Origin: Octopus sinensis
Lineage: Eukaryota
Reading direction: 5' to 3'
Length of the DNA: 64,000 bases
Assembly (NCBI RefSeq): GCF_006345805.1
Contig: NC_043011.1
Location: forward strand, 48,062,464-48,126,463
Below the pieces are notes generated by a model, which was not told the origin of the DNA, did not search any database, and saw only the letters and a program-made list of their open reading frames with translations. Shown here in pieces: positions 37,277-51,274 of the stretch. The position numbers and the translations under genes were made by a program. Position 1 is the first letter of the stretch, and each line of letters begins with the position of its first letter.

Positions 37277-38900
37277 TCTTTCAGTTCTGTATACCAAACC
37301 ATTCACAAGGCTTTGACTGGCCCAAGGCTATTGTTGAGAACACTTGACCAAGGTGCCATGCAGTGGGACTGAACATTGCGCCATGTAGTTGGGAAGCAAG
37401 CTTCTTATTACACACACATTTTCTCTGCTTACCAGTCCTGGGAGGGTCCTAGAAGTAGAGTCCTCAGGCACCTCTTCAGAAGCAACTGTTATTACAATTT
37501 GCAGCTGGATTCCTAAACGCAAACTACTCATTCCTGACCTAATCCTAGTCCTCTTGTCAATTGGCAAGGCTTGGAGAATTCCTCTTGTGGTTCTTTTCTA
37601 ATCCCATGTCTGTAATACTGAAGGTGCATGGCTCAGCGGTTAGAACATCGGGCTCACAGTCATGAGGTAGTGAGTTCAATTCCTGGACCAGGTTGTGTGT
37701 TGTGTTCTTGGGCAAGACACTTTATTTTATGTTACTTCAGTTTACTCGGTTGTAGAAATGAGTTGCAACATCACAGGTGCCAAGCTGTATCAGCCTTTGC
37801 CTTTCCCTGGGAAGATATCAGTGACATAGAGAGTGGGTCTGGTATGCCTGGACTTGTGCCTCGGAGGGTAACTTTCTAGGTGCAATCCCTATGGTCATTC
37901 ATGACCTAAGGAGATCCTTTTGATACTGGAGTTATGATCCGTCAATGCAGAGGAGTAGTGGTTCAACCTGGTGAGATACCTTGATCTCCATGCTACACAC
38001 CTGTAGAGTAAAATTACTCCAATTTTCTTTCCTACTCTAGGCACAGTGCCCAAAATTTTGATCCAGTCAATTAGATTGACCCTAGTATGCAACTGGTATT
38101 TAATTTATCGACCCCGAAAGGATGAAAGTCGACCTTGGTGGAATTTGAACTCAGAATGTAAAGACAGACGAAATACTGCGAAGCATTTCTCTCGGTGCGC
38201 TAACGATTCTGCCAGCTCTCCACCTTTCTGCCAGCTCTCCACCTGTCTGCCAGCTCTCCACCTCCAGTTACTTCAATATTTCATTATACTGCTTTACTTA
38301 ACCTCATACAACTGTTAATTGTTTAATAAAAATGGCCTTTTTTGGCTCCCTTGATATTTGATATTGCCTTCTGAGCGTAATGTTTTGGTTATGATAATTC
38401 ACCTGATGTTTTCAGACAAAGTGTTTCCACAAGTACACACATGCATACACACGTGTGCATGTGCGTGCAGGTGTGTGTGTGTGTGTAAAAATGGTGGTGA
38501 CACATATGTCCACATTTTGTCGAACACACAGAAATGAAAAGTATTGGGTTGTAAAGATTGAGATGCAGATGTTTCCCCTACTAACTCCATATCAGAGATC
38601 ATCTTCTTTCCTAAGAGCTCTGATACAAACCCAAAGATAAGAGCAACTTGCTGTAAAAGTATTCCCAAAACAGAGCAAACATTAACTCCTCTACAACAGA
38701 AACAAACTGTTTAGAAAAGCATTAACTCCAAGAAAAAAACTGATGTAGTGGAAAAATGTCACCTGTGAAATGATAAACTGCATCAAGTCTGTGGTCATAG
38801 AAAGAGAAAACAAACAAGGATACCATGCTAGTAATGAAATGTTTGAAGGAAACAGGTTCTGTAAGGGACATTGCTGACTATCCCTCCAAATAAGACATGA

Positions 38901-39207
38901 TTAATCTTTTAGCATTTCAACAGGCCATATCTGGTCCAAATTGTCCACCTGTTTTATGTTTGAACTGATCAGGTGTGGTCTCTCACACCTACCCTATAAC
39001 GTCATTACAAAAATACACAACCACATCAATGGAATACTGCTGCCTTTCAAGACTCCAATAATAACTGGTAGGATAACTTCTCTGTTCTAGCACAATAAGG
39101 ATTGCCTTTTTGATAATTTCTAAGACATAATGCATAATTAATTCAAAGTAATGTGAATAAATATAAGCATTACTTTAGACAGGTTAATCTGAATGCTAAA
39201 GGGCTAA
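38901..39207. mobile_element. TTAA-type MITE (piggyBac-like)
   Basis: Ends TTAATCTTTTAGCATT ... AATCTGAATGCTAAAGGGCTAA; homologous to the host element at 29410-29948. Confidence 0.6.
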
Positions 39208-41489
39208 AACACAAATCCGTTTTTAAAATTGGAATGCAAGACAGAATTGGATTCTGAAAACTGCGTTGTGGCCTAAGTGTCTAAGAGAGCGTTTATTCCA
39301 AATAAGAAATTATGTAAGGCAAAGAGAGATTATTTAGTGCTACTACCTGAGACAACCCCAATTGTAGTCATGGCAGCAAAGCATAAAACAGCATACAAAA
39401 ATACAAAAAAACATGCACACTGAAATGTGGATTATGTGTGCCACATCATAGATTAACTGTTTATGAGGTCAATAAGACTGAATAAAAACGGTTATATGAT
39501 AGGGTACCTCCTTAACCCTACCGTATAGGACAACCGCTTTAGTATCGAGAGCATAATAATAATAATAATAATAAAGTGTAGGTAGTTCACTCAGTGAGAA
39601 ATACACAATCACAAAGATTTCTGTTTTCCATTTCTGTGTGAGTGAGTTGGAAGATGTTAACGGTGAATTTTGGGACACCTGCACTACACAAACCATGTTG
39701 AAAGGAGAAAGTGGACATGATCTATATAGGCATGAGCATGTGTTATATATTTGTGTATGTGTATGAGTGTGTGTGTGTGTGTGTGTGTGGTGTGTGTGTG
39801 TGTATGTGTGTGTGCATTTGTTTGGTAGTCAATTTAATGTTTGTTTTATCATGGTGAAATGGAATCCATGTGTGGCATTATTGTAAAACCTATTTCTTCC
39901 ATAACTGCCAATCTGTCTGTATATCTGTTTGTCAGACTGTCTGTCAAACTGTTTGTCTGTCTGTCTGATTGTCCTTCTATTCATCCATCTGTCTGTTTAT
40001 GCCTGTGTGTGTGTATATATATGTATATAATATAATATAATATAATATATATAAAATATACAATATATATATAATATATAATATATATATATATGTATGT
40101 ATATATATATATAGATATATATATGTATATGTATATATGTATATGAGTGTGTGTGTGTATATATATGTGTGTGTGTGTGTATATATATATGTGTGTGCGC
40201 ATGGCTCAGTGGTTAGAGCGTCGAGCTTACGATCATGAGGTTGTGCGCTCGAATCCCGGACCGGGCTGCGTGTTGTGTTCTTGAGCAAAGCACTTTATTT
40301 CACGTTGCTCCAATTCACTCAGCTGTAGAAATGAGTTGCGACGTCACTGGTGCCAAGCTGTATCGACCTTTGTCTTTCCCTTGGATAACACTGGTGGCGT
40401 GGAGAGGGGAGGCTGGTATGCATGGGTGACTGCTGGTCTTCCATAAACAACCTTGCCCGGACTTGTGTCTAGGAGGGTAACTTTCTAGGTGCAATCCCAT
40501 GGTCATTCATGACCGAAAGGGGTCAAAAAAAAAAAATATATATATATATATATAAACTTACTGATCATGAAAGCCAAAATGCACAAGCAAAAAGTAAACA
40601 ACATATAACATATATGAGTACACAAACGGATGGAAGGGTGGCATAGTTATCAACTAGATGGCATTACTCACTTTTGCATCATATATATATATATATATAT
40701 ATAGATATATATATATATATAAAGAGAGATAGATTGATAGGTAGATAGATAGTTAGATAGATAGCTAGATGGATGGATAGATAGATAGATAGATAGGTAG
40801 ATAGGTGTGTGTTTGTTTATATATAATGCATCCACATTTATATTCCTACAAGTATAGAGAGATGACAAAACAAATATACAGATTTTGGTGTTATAAAAAC
40901 ATGAATAAATAAATAGAAATAAAATTAAAAAATAACATTGAAAAATAATGACCCACCCAGTCCCGGTATTTCGCACTCTAAGTGGAAATTACATGTCTAA
41001 ATTCCTGTGATGAGTTATTGCAATATGATTGGAACTATTTGAAAGAAAATGTGGAGAATTAAAAAAAGAGTGAATTACTCACCATTATACAAAAATGCAC
41101 CCCCCCCCCTTCCACCAAAAATTTTCCATGAAAGATGAGTTTAATTATCTAGAAAATTTAAATTGTAAGTGAAACTGATTTGAAATTTAAGAAGCGAGCT
41201 GAATACTAAAAGAGAGCATTAAAATATAAGTTTGAAAGATTTGAAGGGGGGGAAAAAATGGTAAAAATATAAATGAACGAAAGAGTTTTTAAATAATAAT
41301 GAGAATGAAGAAAAACTTTCAGTCACAGCTAGATAAGTTATATGGATATACGTTTTAGCAGAGATTCTTCGCACAAAGAAGGTAAAGAAATAAAAAAAAA
41401 AAAAATAAAGTAAAATAACAACTAAAGAAGAAAAGCTACAGCAAAAGAAAGAAAGAAAGAAAAATCCCAACTAACTAACTAATAGATGA

Positions 41490-41530
41490 ATTATTCTAAA
41501 ACACCGATGAGGATAATAACAACAACAACA

Positions 41531-41608
<78 letters not shown>

Positions 41609-41880
41609 TGATAACAGCAATGATAATCTCTAATGTAATAATAAGAAGAATGATTTTAAACAGTAAAAATAATAATAGCAATAACAATGGCAATAATAAT
41701 AATAATAATAATAAATAATAATTATAATATTATATAATAATAATAATAATATAATAATAATAATAATAATGATAATAATGATAACAGCAATGATAATCTC
41801 TAATGTAATAAGAAGAATTATTTTAAACAGTAAAAATAATAATAGGAATAACAATAGCAATAATAATAATAATGATACTA

Positions 41881-41918
<38 letters not shown>

Positions 41919-42175
41919 TAATAATATTATATAATGATGATAATAATAATAATAATAATAATAATGATAATAATAATAATAATAATAATGATAATAATAA
42001 CAATGATAATAATGATAGCAGCAATAATGATGGTGATGCTTATGATGATGATGAAGATGATGTTGACGACAGTGGTGGTGGTGGTGGTGGTTGTGGTGTT
42101 GGTGATGGTGGTGGTGATGATGATGTCGACGAGGATGACAATAACAGCAACAACAATACTGATAATAATAATAAT
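41490..42175. repeat. (AAT)n-derived low-complexity block with ~171-bp internal duplication
   Basis: ATGATAACAGCAATGATAATCTCTAATGTAATA...TTTTAAACAGTAAAAA occurs at about 41608 and 41779. Confidence 0.85.
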
Positions 42176-42416
42176 ACAGAAACTAATAAACTGTAAGAGA
42201 TATATGTGGAGAAGTTAACATTATAAATGTTAAATGACCCTCAAAACACATTCGTCCTTTCGTCTAAATTCCATTTATATTTCTTCTGTATTTCTTTCCA
42301 TTTAGGAATTTCTAGACGAATTTCCTGTTTAGATTGTTTCATATATATATTATTTAAATCTGTTTTTTTTTTTCTTTGTGTGTGCTTCTTTTTTTTATCT
42401 TTCTTTTTGTTTTTGG

Positions 42417-42472
<56 letters not shown>

Positions 42473-42487
42473 CATTATTATTATTAT

Positions 42488-42518
<31 letters not shown>

Positions 42519-43367
42519 CTGTTGTGTCTCTGTTCTTTTTAAATATACATACCGGAGAATATATTTCAATTACTCAACAGGAGTTTTAAAAATACGTAAA
42601 CTATTATTGCATCTGTATATATGTATTTATGGATGACAGATTGAGTAACTTTATGTGTAAGCGTATCTGTCCGTGTGCGACTGAGTGTGTTTGCCTGCAT
42701 GCACACTCCCTCAATCACACAGTCACTCACTCACTCACTCCCTCACTCACTCACTCACTCATATGTTCATAGATGCATAGATCCGTGTGTATTTGTGTGA
42801 GTATTGGTGCATTTTGTCTGTGTAAATGCATGTGTCTGTGTGCACGTATGTTTGGTTGCTGGTAAAAAGTTTGGTTCATAACGTTAAGATCTTAGGTTCA
42901 ATCCCACCTCACAGCCATTCGCACCAGTATTTCCATAAAGCTTCAGGTTCACATAACACTTGCATTTAAAATTAAGATTAGGGAACCTCCCTGGTCACCA
43001 GAGACGTAGTGGCATTATTGCAAAGGGCCAGTTTGACATACATAAGGTGCACAAATATATGTGAATGTATATATAGCTAAACACACACACACACACACAC
43101 ACATTCTTTTATATGTTTCAGTCTTTTGGCTGTGGCCATAATGGAGCACCACCTTTAAGAGTATCTTAGTGGAAGAAATAAACTGCAGGACTTACTCTTT
43201 GTAAGCCTAGTACTTATTCTATCGGTTTCTTTTGCCGAACTGCTAAGTTACGGGGGACATAAACACACCAGCATCAGTTGTCAAATGATGGTGGGGGTTA
43301 AATACAGAAACACACATATATAAATAAATAAATATATAGATAGATAAATATATATATATATATATAT

Positions 43368-43431
<64 letters not shown>

Positions 43432-43725
43432 GCAGATAGATGACAGGGATTTTTCAGCCTGAGGTAATAGTAGAAGGCACTGGCCTAAGTAGCCACGCAG
43501 AGGGACTGAACCAGGAACCATGTGGTTGGGCAGCAATCTTCTTACCACACAGCCACATCATATATATATATATATATATATACATATACTGTGTACATTT
43601 ATATGAATAATATATAGTCTATTGACTAATTTTTCTACATGCTAGGCCACTGGTATTAAAAATTTCTGAAATCTTTATTACCCTGATATTGTTAATTTTA
43701 TATATATATATAAATACACACACAC

Positions 43726-43940
43726 TAAGGGGTGCTGAAAAGTTTTGGGTTTTGAGTAAAAGAAAATACAGGAGGATTAGTTAATTATGATTTTATCCAT
43801 CATATTCCCCTCTCAGATTCGCACACTTATTGCAACAGTCCTTCAGTTTTTTTAAACCTTGTAAAAAACTCATAAGGTTGGGCCTCTATCCAGGCCCTTC
43901 ATGACACCATTATAGCCAAGAACTTTGCAGCACCCCCTTG
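43726..43940. mobile_element. Mariner-type MITE
   Basis: Imperfect TIRs AAGGGGTGCTGAAAAGTT / AACTTTGCAGCACCCCCTT. Confidence 0.6.
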
Positions 43941-44380
43941 AATAGAAAATGTATTTATCACAACCCTGACTGACCAAGCTTGTATTTCTACCTCCAATAT
44001 TACAGACATTATGCGCCTTCAGTCAGCAGGTCTGATGAGTTTCCTATATTGTTAAGAGCATAATAAATGCAAACCCAATGGTTTTGTGACTGACATAGAA
44101 AGGCACAGAAAGAAGGTAGTGAATCAGTGAACTGACAGACTTTCAAATTAAAAAGTTTACTCTGTCTAGTTTTATATTACTGTTTTCTGGATTCAACATC
44201 TGCTGCAGTCAACCTAAGTAAGTGTATAGCAACAAACCACAGCACATACCCAAGGCATACAGAGCTGCACTCGGTAGTGCAGTGAAAGCACATGATAAAA
44301 ATAAGACTACTGAATACTACTACTACTACTACTAATGATAATAATAATAATAATAAAAATAAAAATAATAATAATAATAA

Positions 44381-44411
<31 letters not shown>

Positions 44412-44461
44412 AATAAAAATTAAAAAAAAAAATAATAAAAATAAAAATAAAAATAATAATA

Positions 44462-44500
<39 letters not shown>

Positions 44501-44751
44501 TAATGATGATGATGATGCTAATAAAAATTATAATAATAATAATAATGATTATGATAATGATAATAATAATAATAATAATAATAATATAATAATAATAATA
44601 ATGATAATAATAATCAGAAGAAGAAGAATATTGATGTCTTGCCAATGTATACAGTGAGTTTCTTTGCCCTAGATGTTGGGAAGACACTGGGCAAGAGATG
44701 GTAACAAAATTGAAAGAATTGGATAATGATAATAGTAATAATAATAATAAA

Positions 44752-45303
44752 TTCCTTGTTTCAGTACCAAGCAGTGAGTCTTGTGGATTTTGATCTTGGC
44801 TGATTGGAAGTGTTATCATGTACCTGTTTTTCTTGGTATAACAGATGGGCTACAGCAAATGTTTTGCTCAATACCACAGATTTGCTTGTCAGTTGCTTGA
44901 CCATGACCAGTTGAGCATGTCTCTTAGTGGCTTATGATATGTGCATCTTGGATCATGAGCAGAAGTAGTTGGGGAGCATCATAGCCATGTGTTGAGAGGA
45001 ATTCTTTGGGGTTTGAATAATTCGCCTCTGGAAACATGTGTATCTCATTCTTCATCTTTAAATAAACCTTGGTCAGGTTTGTGATGGGTTATTTGACCAG
45101 AAGAAAATTCTAACTAGGCCTCACCTGCAAGGTATTGTGCTGGTTATCTTGATATGAGATCACCATGTCGTGTACATATGAATGTGATGCATGCACCTGA
45201 TGCACCCTTAACAGACTGGTAGTCATGATGGGTATATTGGGCTTCGTATATTTGTACCCCAGTATCACTTTGATGGCATGTGCTGCTCACTCACTCAATA
45301 ATA
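44752..45303 (+). mobile_element. Unclassified LINE-like 3' UTR (family J) ending in (AAT)n
   Basis: Shares about 340 bp with 51275-51617; both copies start in (AAT)n and end CTCACTCAATAATAA. Confidence 0.6.
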
Positions 45304-45583
45304 AATCCTTTCTCCTTAAGGCACATGACCTGAAATTTCTTGAGGGAAAGGGACTAGTCAATTATATCGACCCCCAGCATTTTACTGATACTTAATTCAT
45401 CGACTCTGAATGGATGAAAGGCAAAGTCGACCTCGGCAGAATTTGAACTCGGAACATAAATGTGGGTGAAATACCCACTAAGTATTTTGTCCTGCATGCT
45501 AATGGTTCTACTAGCTCAACGAATTTCAAATTTTAGAACAAGCCCAGCAATTTGGGTGGTTAAGTTGATTATATTGACACCAG

Positions 45584-45810
45584 GCGAGTTGGCAGAAACG
45601 TTAGCACGCCGGGCGAAATGCGTAGCCATATTTAGTCTGCTGTTACGTTCTGAGTTCAAATTCCCCTGAGGTCAACTTTCCCTTTCATCCTTTCGGGGTC
45701 GATAAATTAAGTACCAGTTATGCACTGGGATCGATGTAATCGACTTAATCCGTTTGTCTGTCCTTGTTTGTCCCCTCTGTGTTTAGCCCCTTGTGGGTAG
45801 TAAAGAAATA
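45584..45810 (+). mobile_element. Young SINE F with 14-bp TSD
   Basis: TATATTGACACCAG at 45570-45583 and 45811-45824. Confidence 0.9.
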
Positions 45811-45871
45811 TATATTGACACCAGTGCTCAACTGGGACATATTTTATCGACTCTGGAAGGAAAACAACAAC

Positions 45872-45906
<35 letters not shown>

Positions 45907-47165
45907 GCTTACTGTATGCAGTGCATTTTAACACAGCAGTTCAAGGTGAAGGCGGGGACAAAAAATGCAACAACTCAGATAAAAAAAGACAGCAAAGATA
46001 GTCATAAATGCCTGCATGGTACACTGGATATAACAGTAAATGACAGAAAAAGTAACAGTAAAAAAGCCATAAAGAGGGAAGGGTGTATAGGCATATGCGG
46101 AATAGTGTGAGTGGATTTAAAGAAAGATGGAAGTTTTGTAAAATATATCATCTCAGTGGATATGCGTGTATTCCTAAACAGATGTGTGTGTGTGTGCATG
46201 TGAATATATATATGTATACATGTTCAAATTTATATGAATGTGTGTGTGTGTGTGTATATGCAGACATATTCATAAATATATATGTACATATATGTATGTG
46301 TGTGCATATGTATAGGTGCAGATGTGTCTGTGTGGTAAGTAAGGTGGTGAGCTGGCAGAAATGTTAGCACACCGGGCGAAATGCTTAGTGGTATTTCGTC
46401 TGCCATTACATTCTGAGTTCAAATTCCACCGAGGTCGACTTTGCCTTTCATCCTTTCGAGATCGATAAATTAAGTACCAGTTATGCACTGGGGTCGATGT
46501 AATCGACTTAATCCCTTTCTCTGTCTTTGTTTGTCCCCTCTATGTGTAGCCCTTTGTAGGCAATAAAGAAATAAGAAGCTTGTTTTTCAACCAGATGGTT
46601 CTGGGTTCAGTTCCACTGTCTTCTGCTATAAACCTGGGCCACCAAAGCTTCGTGTCATGGATTTTGTAAAGGAAACTGAAAGCGGCCTGTCATATGTGTG
46701 TGTATGTGTGTGCATCTACATATGGATTTGTTCCCCATCACAACTTGATGAGTGGTGTTGGTTTATTTACATCCCCGAAACTTAGTGGCTTTTGCAAAAT
46801 AGACTGATGAAGTAAGTACCACACATTAAAATAGAAAAAAAAATCAATAATGAGTTTCTTTTGTTTGACTAAACCCTTCATGGAGGTGCCCCCCCCCCCC
46901 AGCAGGACTGCAGTCTAATGGCTGAAACAAGTAAAAGAAAGAAAGATAAAATATAAAAGATAGGCATGGCTGTTTGGTAAGAAGCCTGCTTCGCAATCAC
47001 ATGGTTCCAGGTTCAGTCCCACTTCATATTGCCATTGATAAGTGCCTCCTACTATAGCTTCAGCAGGCCAACCAAAGCCTTGTGAGTGAATTTGCTAGAC
47101 AGAAATTGGAAGAAGCCCATCATATGTGTATGTGTGTGTGTGTGTGTGTGTGTGTTGTGTGTGTG

Positions 47166-47197
<32 letters not shown>

Positions 47198-48587
47198 GTG
47201 TTGTGGTGTGTGTGGTGTGTGTGTGTGTGTGTGTGTGTATGTGTTCCTGTCTTTACAACTGAACCCCACCACAAATTTACAACTGGTGTCGGTGTGGTTA
47301 TGTTCTGTAACTTAGTGGTTCATCAAAAGAGACTTATAATTGAACTACCAAGCTTATAAAAACAAAAAAAACTGTACTGAGTCAGATTCATTTCTCTCGG
47401 GTGGTGCTCCAGCATGACTGTAATCTAATGAGCAAAACAAATTAAACATAAAAGATATATGTATGTATATATTCATGTGGGTATTCTTTCAACTGCTTCA
47501 GTCATTTGACTGTGGCCATGCTGGAGCACCGCCTTTAGTCAAACAAATCAACCCGAGGACTTATTCTTTGTAAGCCTAGTACTTATTCTACCAGTCCCTT
47601 TTGCCGAACTGTTAAGTTACAGATACATAAACACACCAGCATCAGTTGTCAAGCAATAGTGGGGAGGACAAACATGGACACACAAAGATACACACACACA
47701 CACACACAGACACACACACACACACACACATGTATATGCAAACATATACATGTATGTTTATATAATGGGCTTTTTTCAGTTTTTCTTTACCACATCCACT
47801 CACAAGGCCCTGGTCAGTTCAAAGCTGTAATTGAACACACCTGTTCATGATGCCATGGAGTGAGAATGAATCCAAAACCACACGCTTAGGAAACAATCCT
47901 CTTTCCACACACCCAAGCTTGCACTGCACCTGTACATAGATACAGAATTACCTATTTATCCCATTCAGTTTATACTGAATCCTGAATATCTTCTTTCCAT
48001 ATTTTGGTAGTGGAATTAATTATAAAGCAATAGCTAATGAGACTGATAGCAGCATAAATAAAATTTAGATGAGGTTACAATTCCAATATCTGATAGATAC
48101 CTATCAATTCAGAATTGTTTGATTTACCTCTGTTGGGAACAAAATTCAGAATCTACTAAAGTCCTGACTATATTCTTCAATTTATTTCACCTGTCTCTCT
48201 CTCATTCTGTCTGTCTGTCTATCTATTTCTCTCCCCCCTTTTCCTTTCTCTCTTTCTATCTCTCTCTTTCTCTCTATATATATCTCCTCTTCTCTCTTTC
48301 TTTCTCCCCTCTCTTTCTCCTCCCCCTCTTTCTCCCCCTCTTTCGTTCTCCCCCTCTTGTTCTCCCCCCCTCTCTCTCACTGCCAATTCTACAAGACAGT
48401 GCCTCGCCAATTTTAGTAATTAATTATCAAGTATTTTGGATGTACAATTTTTTCGTCATATTTTAATAATTTTCACACACCTGTATATCTATCGGATCTA
48501 TTTCTAGTGCTAGAGTGAACCACATAGTGACCACTCTCTTATATTTATTTTTATATATATATGTATGTATATATATATATATATCTA

Positions 48588-48641
<54 letters not shown>

Positions 48642-48905
48642 GTATATAAGCCTCTTGTGTAGAAATCAGTAAATGATACAAACTACCATTAGCCCTATTG
48701 GTTTAAAAAAAAATTTATTATATGCCAAAAAATGGAATATTCAAGTAAGAAGGGGCCCTCTGTCTTGCCCAAAAGAGGGAGTAGTAATGTCGAATGAAAA
48801 CTGACTCAGACTTTGTTGATCTTTCCAACCCACGCTATACGGAAAATTGACAAATGTTGATGATGATTATGATGGTGATGGTGATGATGATTATGATGAT
48901 GATGG

Positions 48906-48942
<37 letters not shown>

Positions 48943-49654
48943 AGAAAGAATAACTTTATTATTACTGGGAAAAAACACGCAGCAATATGAAAGTGAAAAA
49001 ATAAAATTTAAAAAAAGCAATAAAAAAAAACTTTAACTAAATATCTCATAGTATTTAACTGATATTGAACCTGGGACCCGGAGGGATGAACATCCGCATC
49101 ACAAGCGATTTTTATTAAGTTATTTTATTTTTACTAAGTGCTCCCCACCAACTTCTCATCTACTCGACCAAGCTCTTTCTTCAAGGCTTGGATTCATAAC
49201 TCTCCCACCACATTTCTCAACTCGTGGTCATTACTCTCAAATTTCGCTTTATGAATTCAGTCTGTCACTCATTAATTCTTTTTGGTTACTTCTCACAGTC
49301 TTTATCTAAAGCGAATCATGCATGAAATGACCTGTCAGTAAAGAGATTTTCAAGGAGACTAAATTGCCTCCCTTTGAAAAGAAAAATAAAAAGTAATATT
49401 TGTAAGATGAATTACTTCCCTTGTACGCCTTAGCCATGGGCTGAAGATTTCGTGTTTCTATATAACCAGGAAGTCTATTATATAAATTGTTGTTTTTCGT
49501 GTATTTAATGTATAGCTGTCGTGCTTTTAATGATTATCATGCTTTTAATGCAGTGAACATAGTCCTCGCGGTAGAATTCTCTAAGGGTATTGTGAAAGAA
49601 ATAACTTTTTTTTATGATAGTCAGAAAAGATGCAGGGGGATGTACTATGGCCAA

Positions 49655-50110
49655 ATTCCCTTACTGGCCACCTTTGTTTAACCCCAGGTCAACCATAATG
49701 AAAGAGATTAATGATTGAAAAAATTCAAGTTATGATCATCTTGATTTTATTTTTTTGCTGTTTTGTTTTTTTAGATAATATCCAATGGATCCTTTGTACG
49801 GTAAGAATGGTAAGGTGTTATTTGAGGGGAAGGTGTTGCTATTTCTAGCATGCTGGGTGATCATATAGAAGCATACATGCTGTGGTTGTTGCTTAGCCCG
49901 TGGTCAGCCCCGATGAAGTAAAACTGCGATGAAAGTTATTTCACCTGTAATCGTCCCACCGTCTCATCTTTTCCCTGTATGCAGAAATACAGGATCATAT
50001 TAGCTGATCTTGCCTTTTCTTAAATAGTTGAGAGCAGGATGTGATCTGAGGGAAATTTAGTTGCTATTTCTAGCAAGTTGAGATCCCTATAGGAACATCT
50101 CTGGCGTTGG
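49655..50110 (+). mobile_element. Two tandem copies of unclassified dispersed repeat H
   Basis: Shared ...GATTTG/AGTTGCTATTTCTAGCA... motif; related pieces at about 2215-2340, 6310-6360 and 36530-36710. Confidence 0.5.
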
Positions 50111-50945
50111 TGAGATCAGTGAAGTTCATGCCTAGCTGAAATATTTGTATGTCAATGTTTATAGATCAAAAACATACATAGGAAGTGTGAATACAGATGG
50201 TTTGAACTTTCTCTAGTGATCAACAGATGTATTATTTATGTACTAAAGTACAGGGTGCAGGCGCATGGCTCAGTGGTTAGAGCGTCGAGCTTACAATCAT
50301 GAGGATGTGAGTTCAATTTCGGGACTGGCCTGCGTGTTGTGTTCTTGAGCAAGACACTTTATTCCACGTTGCTCCAGTTCACTCAGCTGTAGAAATGAGC
50401 TGTGATGATGTCACTGGTGCCAAGCTGTATTGGCCTTTGCCTTTCCCTTGGATAGCATCAGTGGTGTGGAGAAAGGAGGCTGGTATGCATGGGCAACTGC
50501 TGGCTTTCCACAAACGACCTTGCCTGGACTTGTGCCTGGGAGGGTAACTTTCTAGGTGCAATCCCATGGTCATTCATGACTGAAGGCTGGACCAAAAATG
50601 ATGCACAAAATAAGTTCAATATGCTCCAGAATTATCAAAAACATACTTCAACTTTTCTAAAATTGACTAAAATAAATATAATAATAATGAATGCACATGT
50701 ACTTCTACATGAGGAATAAAAGGAATACTGGATCCAAAATTTGAGTCGAAGACTGGCAATATTGGGAGAAGGAGAAGTTCATTATGTCCTCGTCCCCCAC
50801 CAATGCTTAACTGGTACTTATTTTAATAGCCCTGAAAGGCTGAAAGGCAAAGCTGACCTCAGCAGAATTTGAACTTGGAACATTATAAATGAAAAACTGC
50901 TAGCATTTTACCAGATGTGATAACAATTCAGCCATCTTGCTACCT

Positions 50946-51025
<80 letters not shown>

Positions 51026-51240
51026 TAATAATAATCTTTTCTACTATAGACACACGGCCTGAAATTTTGTGGGGGGAGTCCAGTTGAGTAGATTGACCTC
51101 AGTACGCAACTGGTACTTAATTTATCGAACCCCGAAAGGATGAAAGACAAAGCCGACCTCAGTAGAATTTGAACTCAGACAGATGAAATACTGATAAAAC
51201 TTTTCACCCAGCATCCTAACGAGTCTACCAGCTTGCTGCC

Positions 51241-51274
<34 letters not shown>

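Noticed and set aside
40196-40270. tRNA-like sequence with A/B boxes
   Set aside because: SINE B head: no acceptor-stem closure, and it continues into the SINE core in many copies.
44655-44700. EFLCPRCWEDTGQEM, PHD/RING-like exon candidate
   Set aside because: Several mutually exclusive splice readings on both strands and no supporting neighbouring exon.
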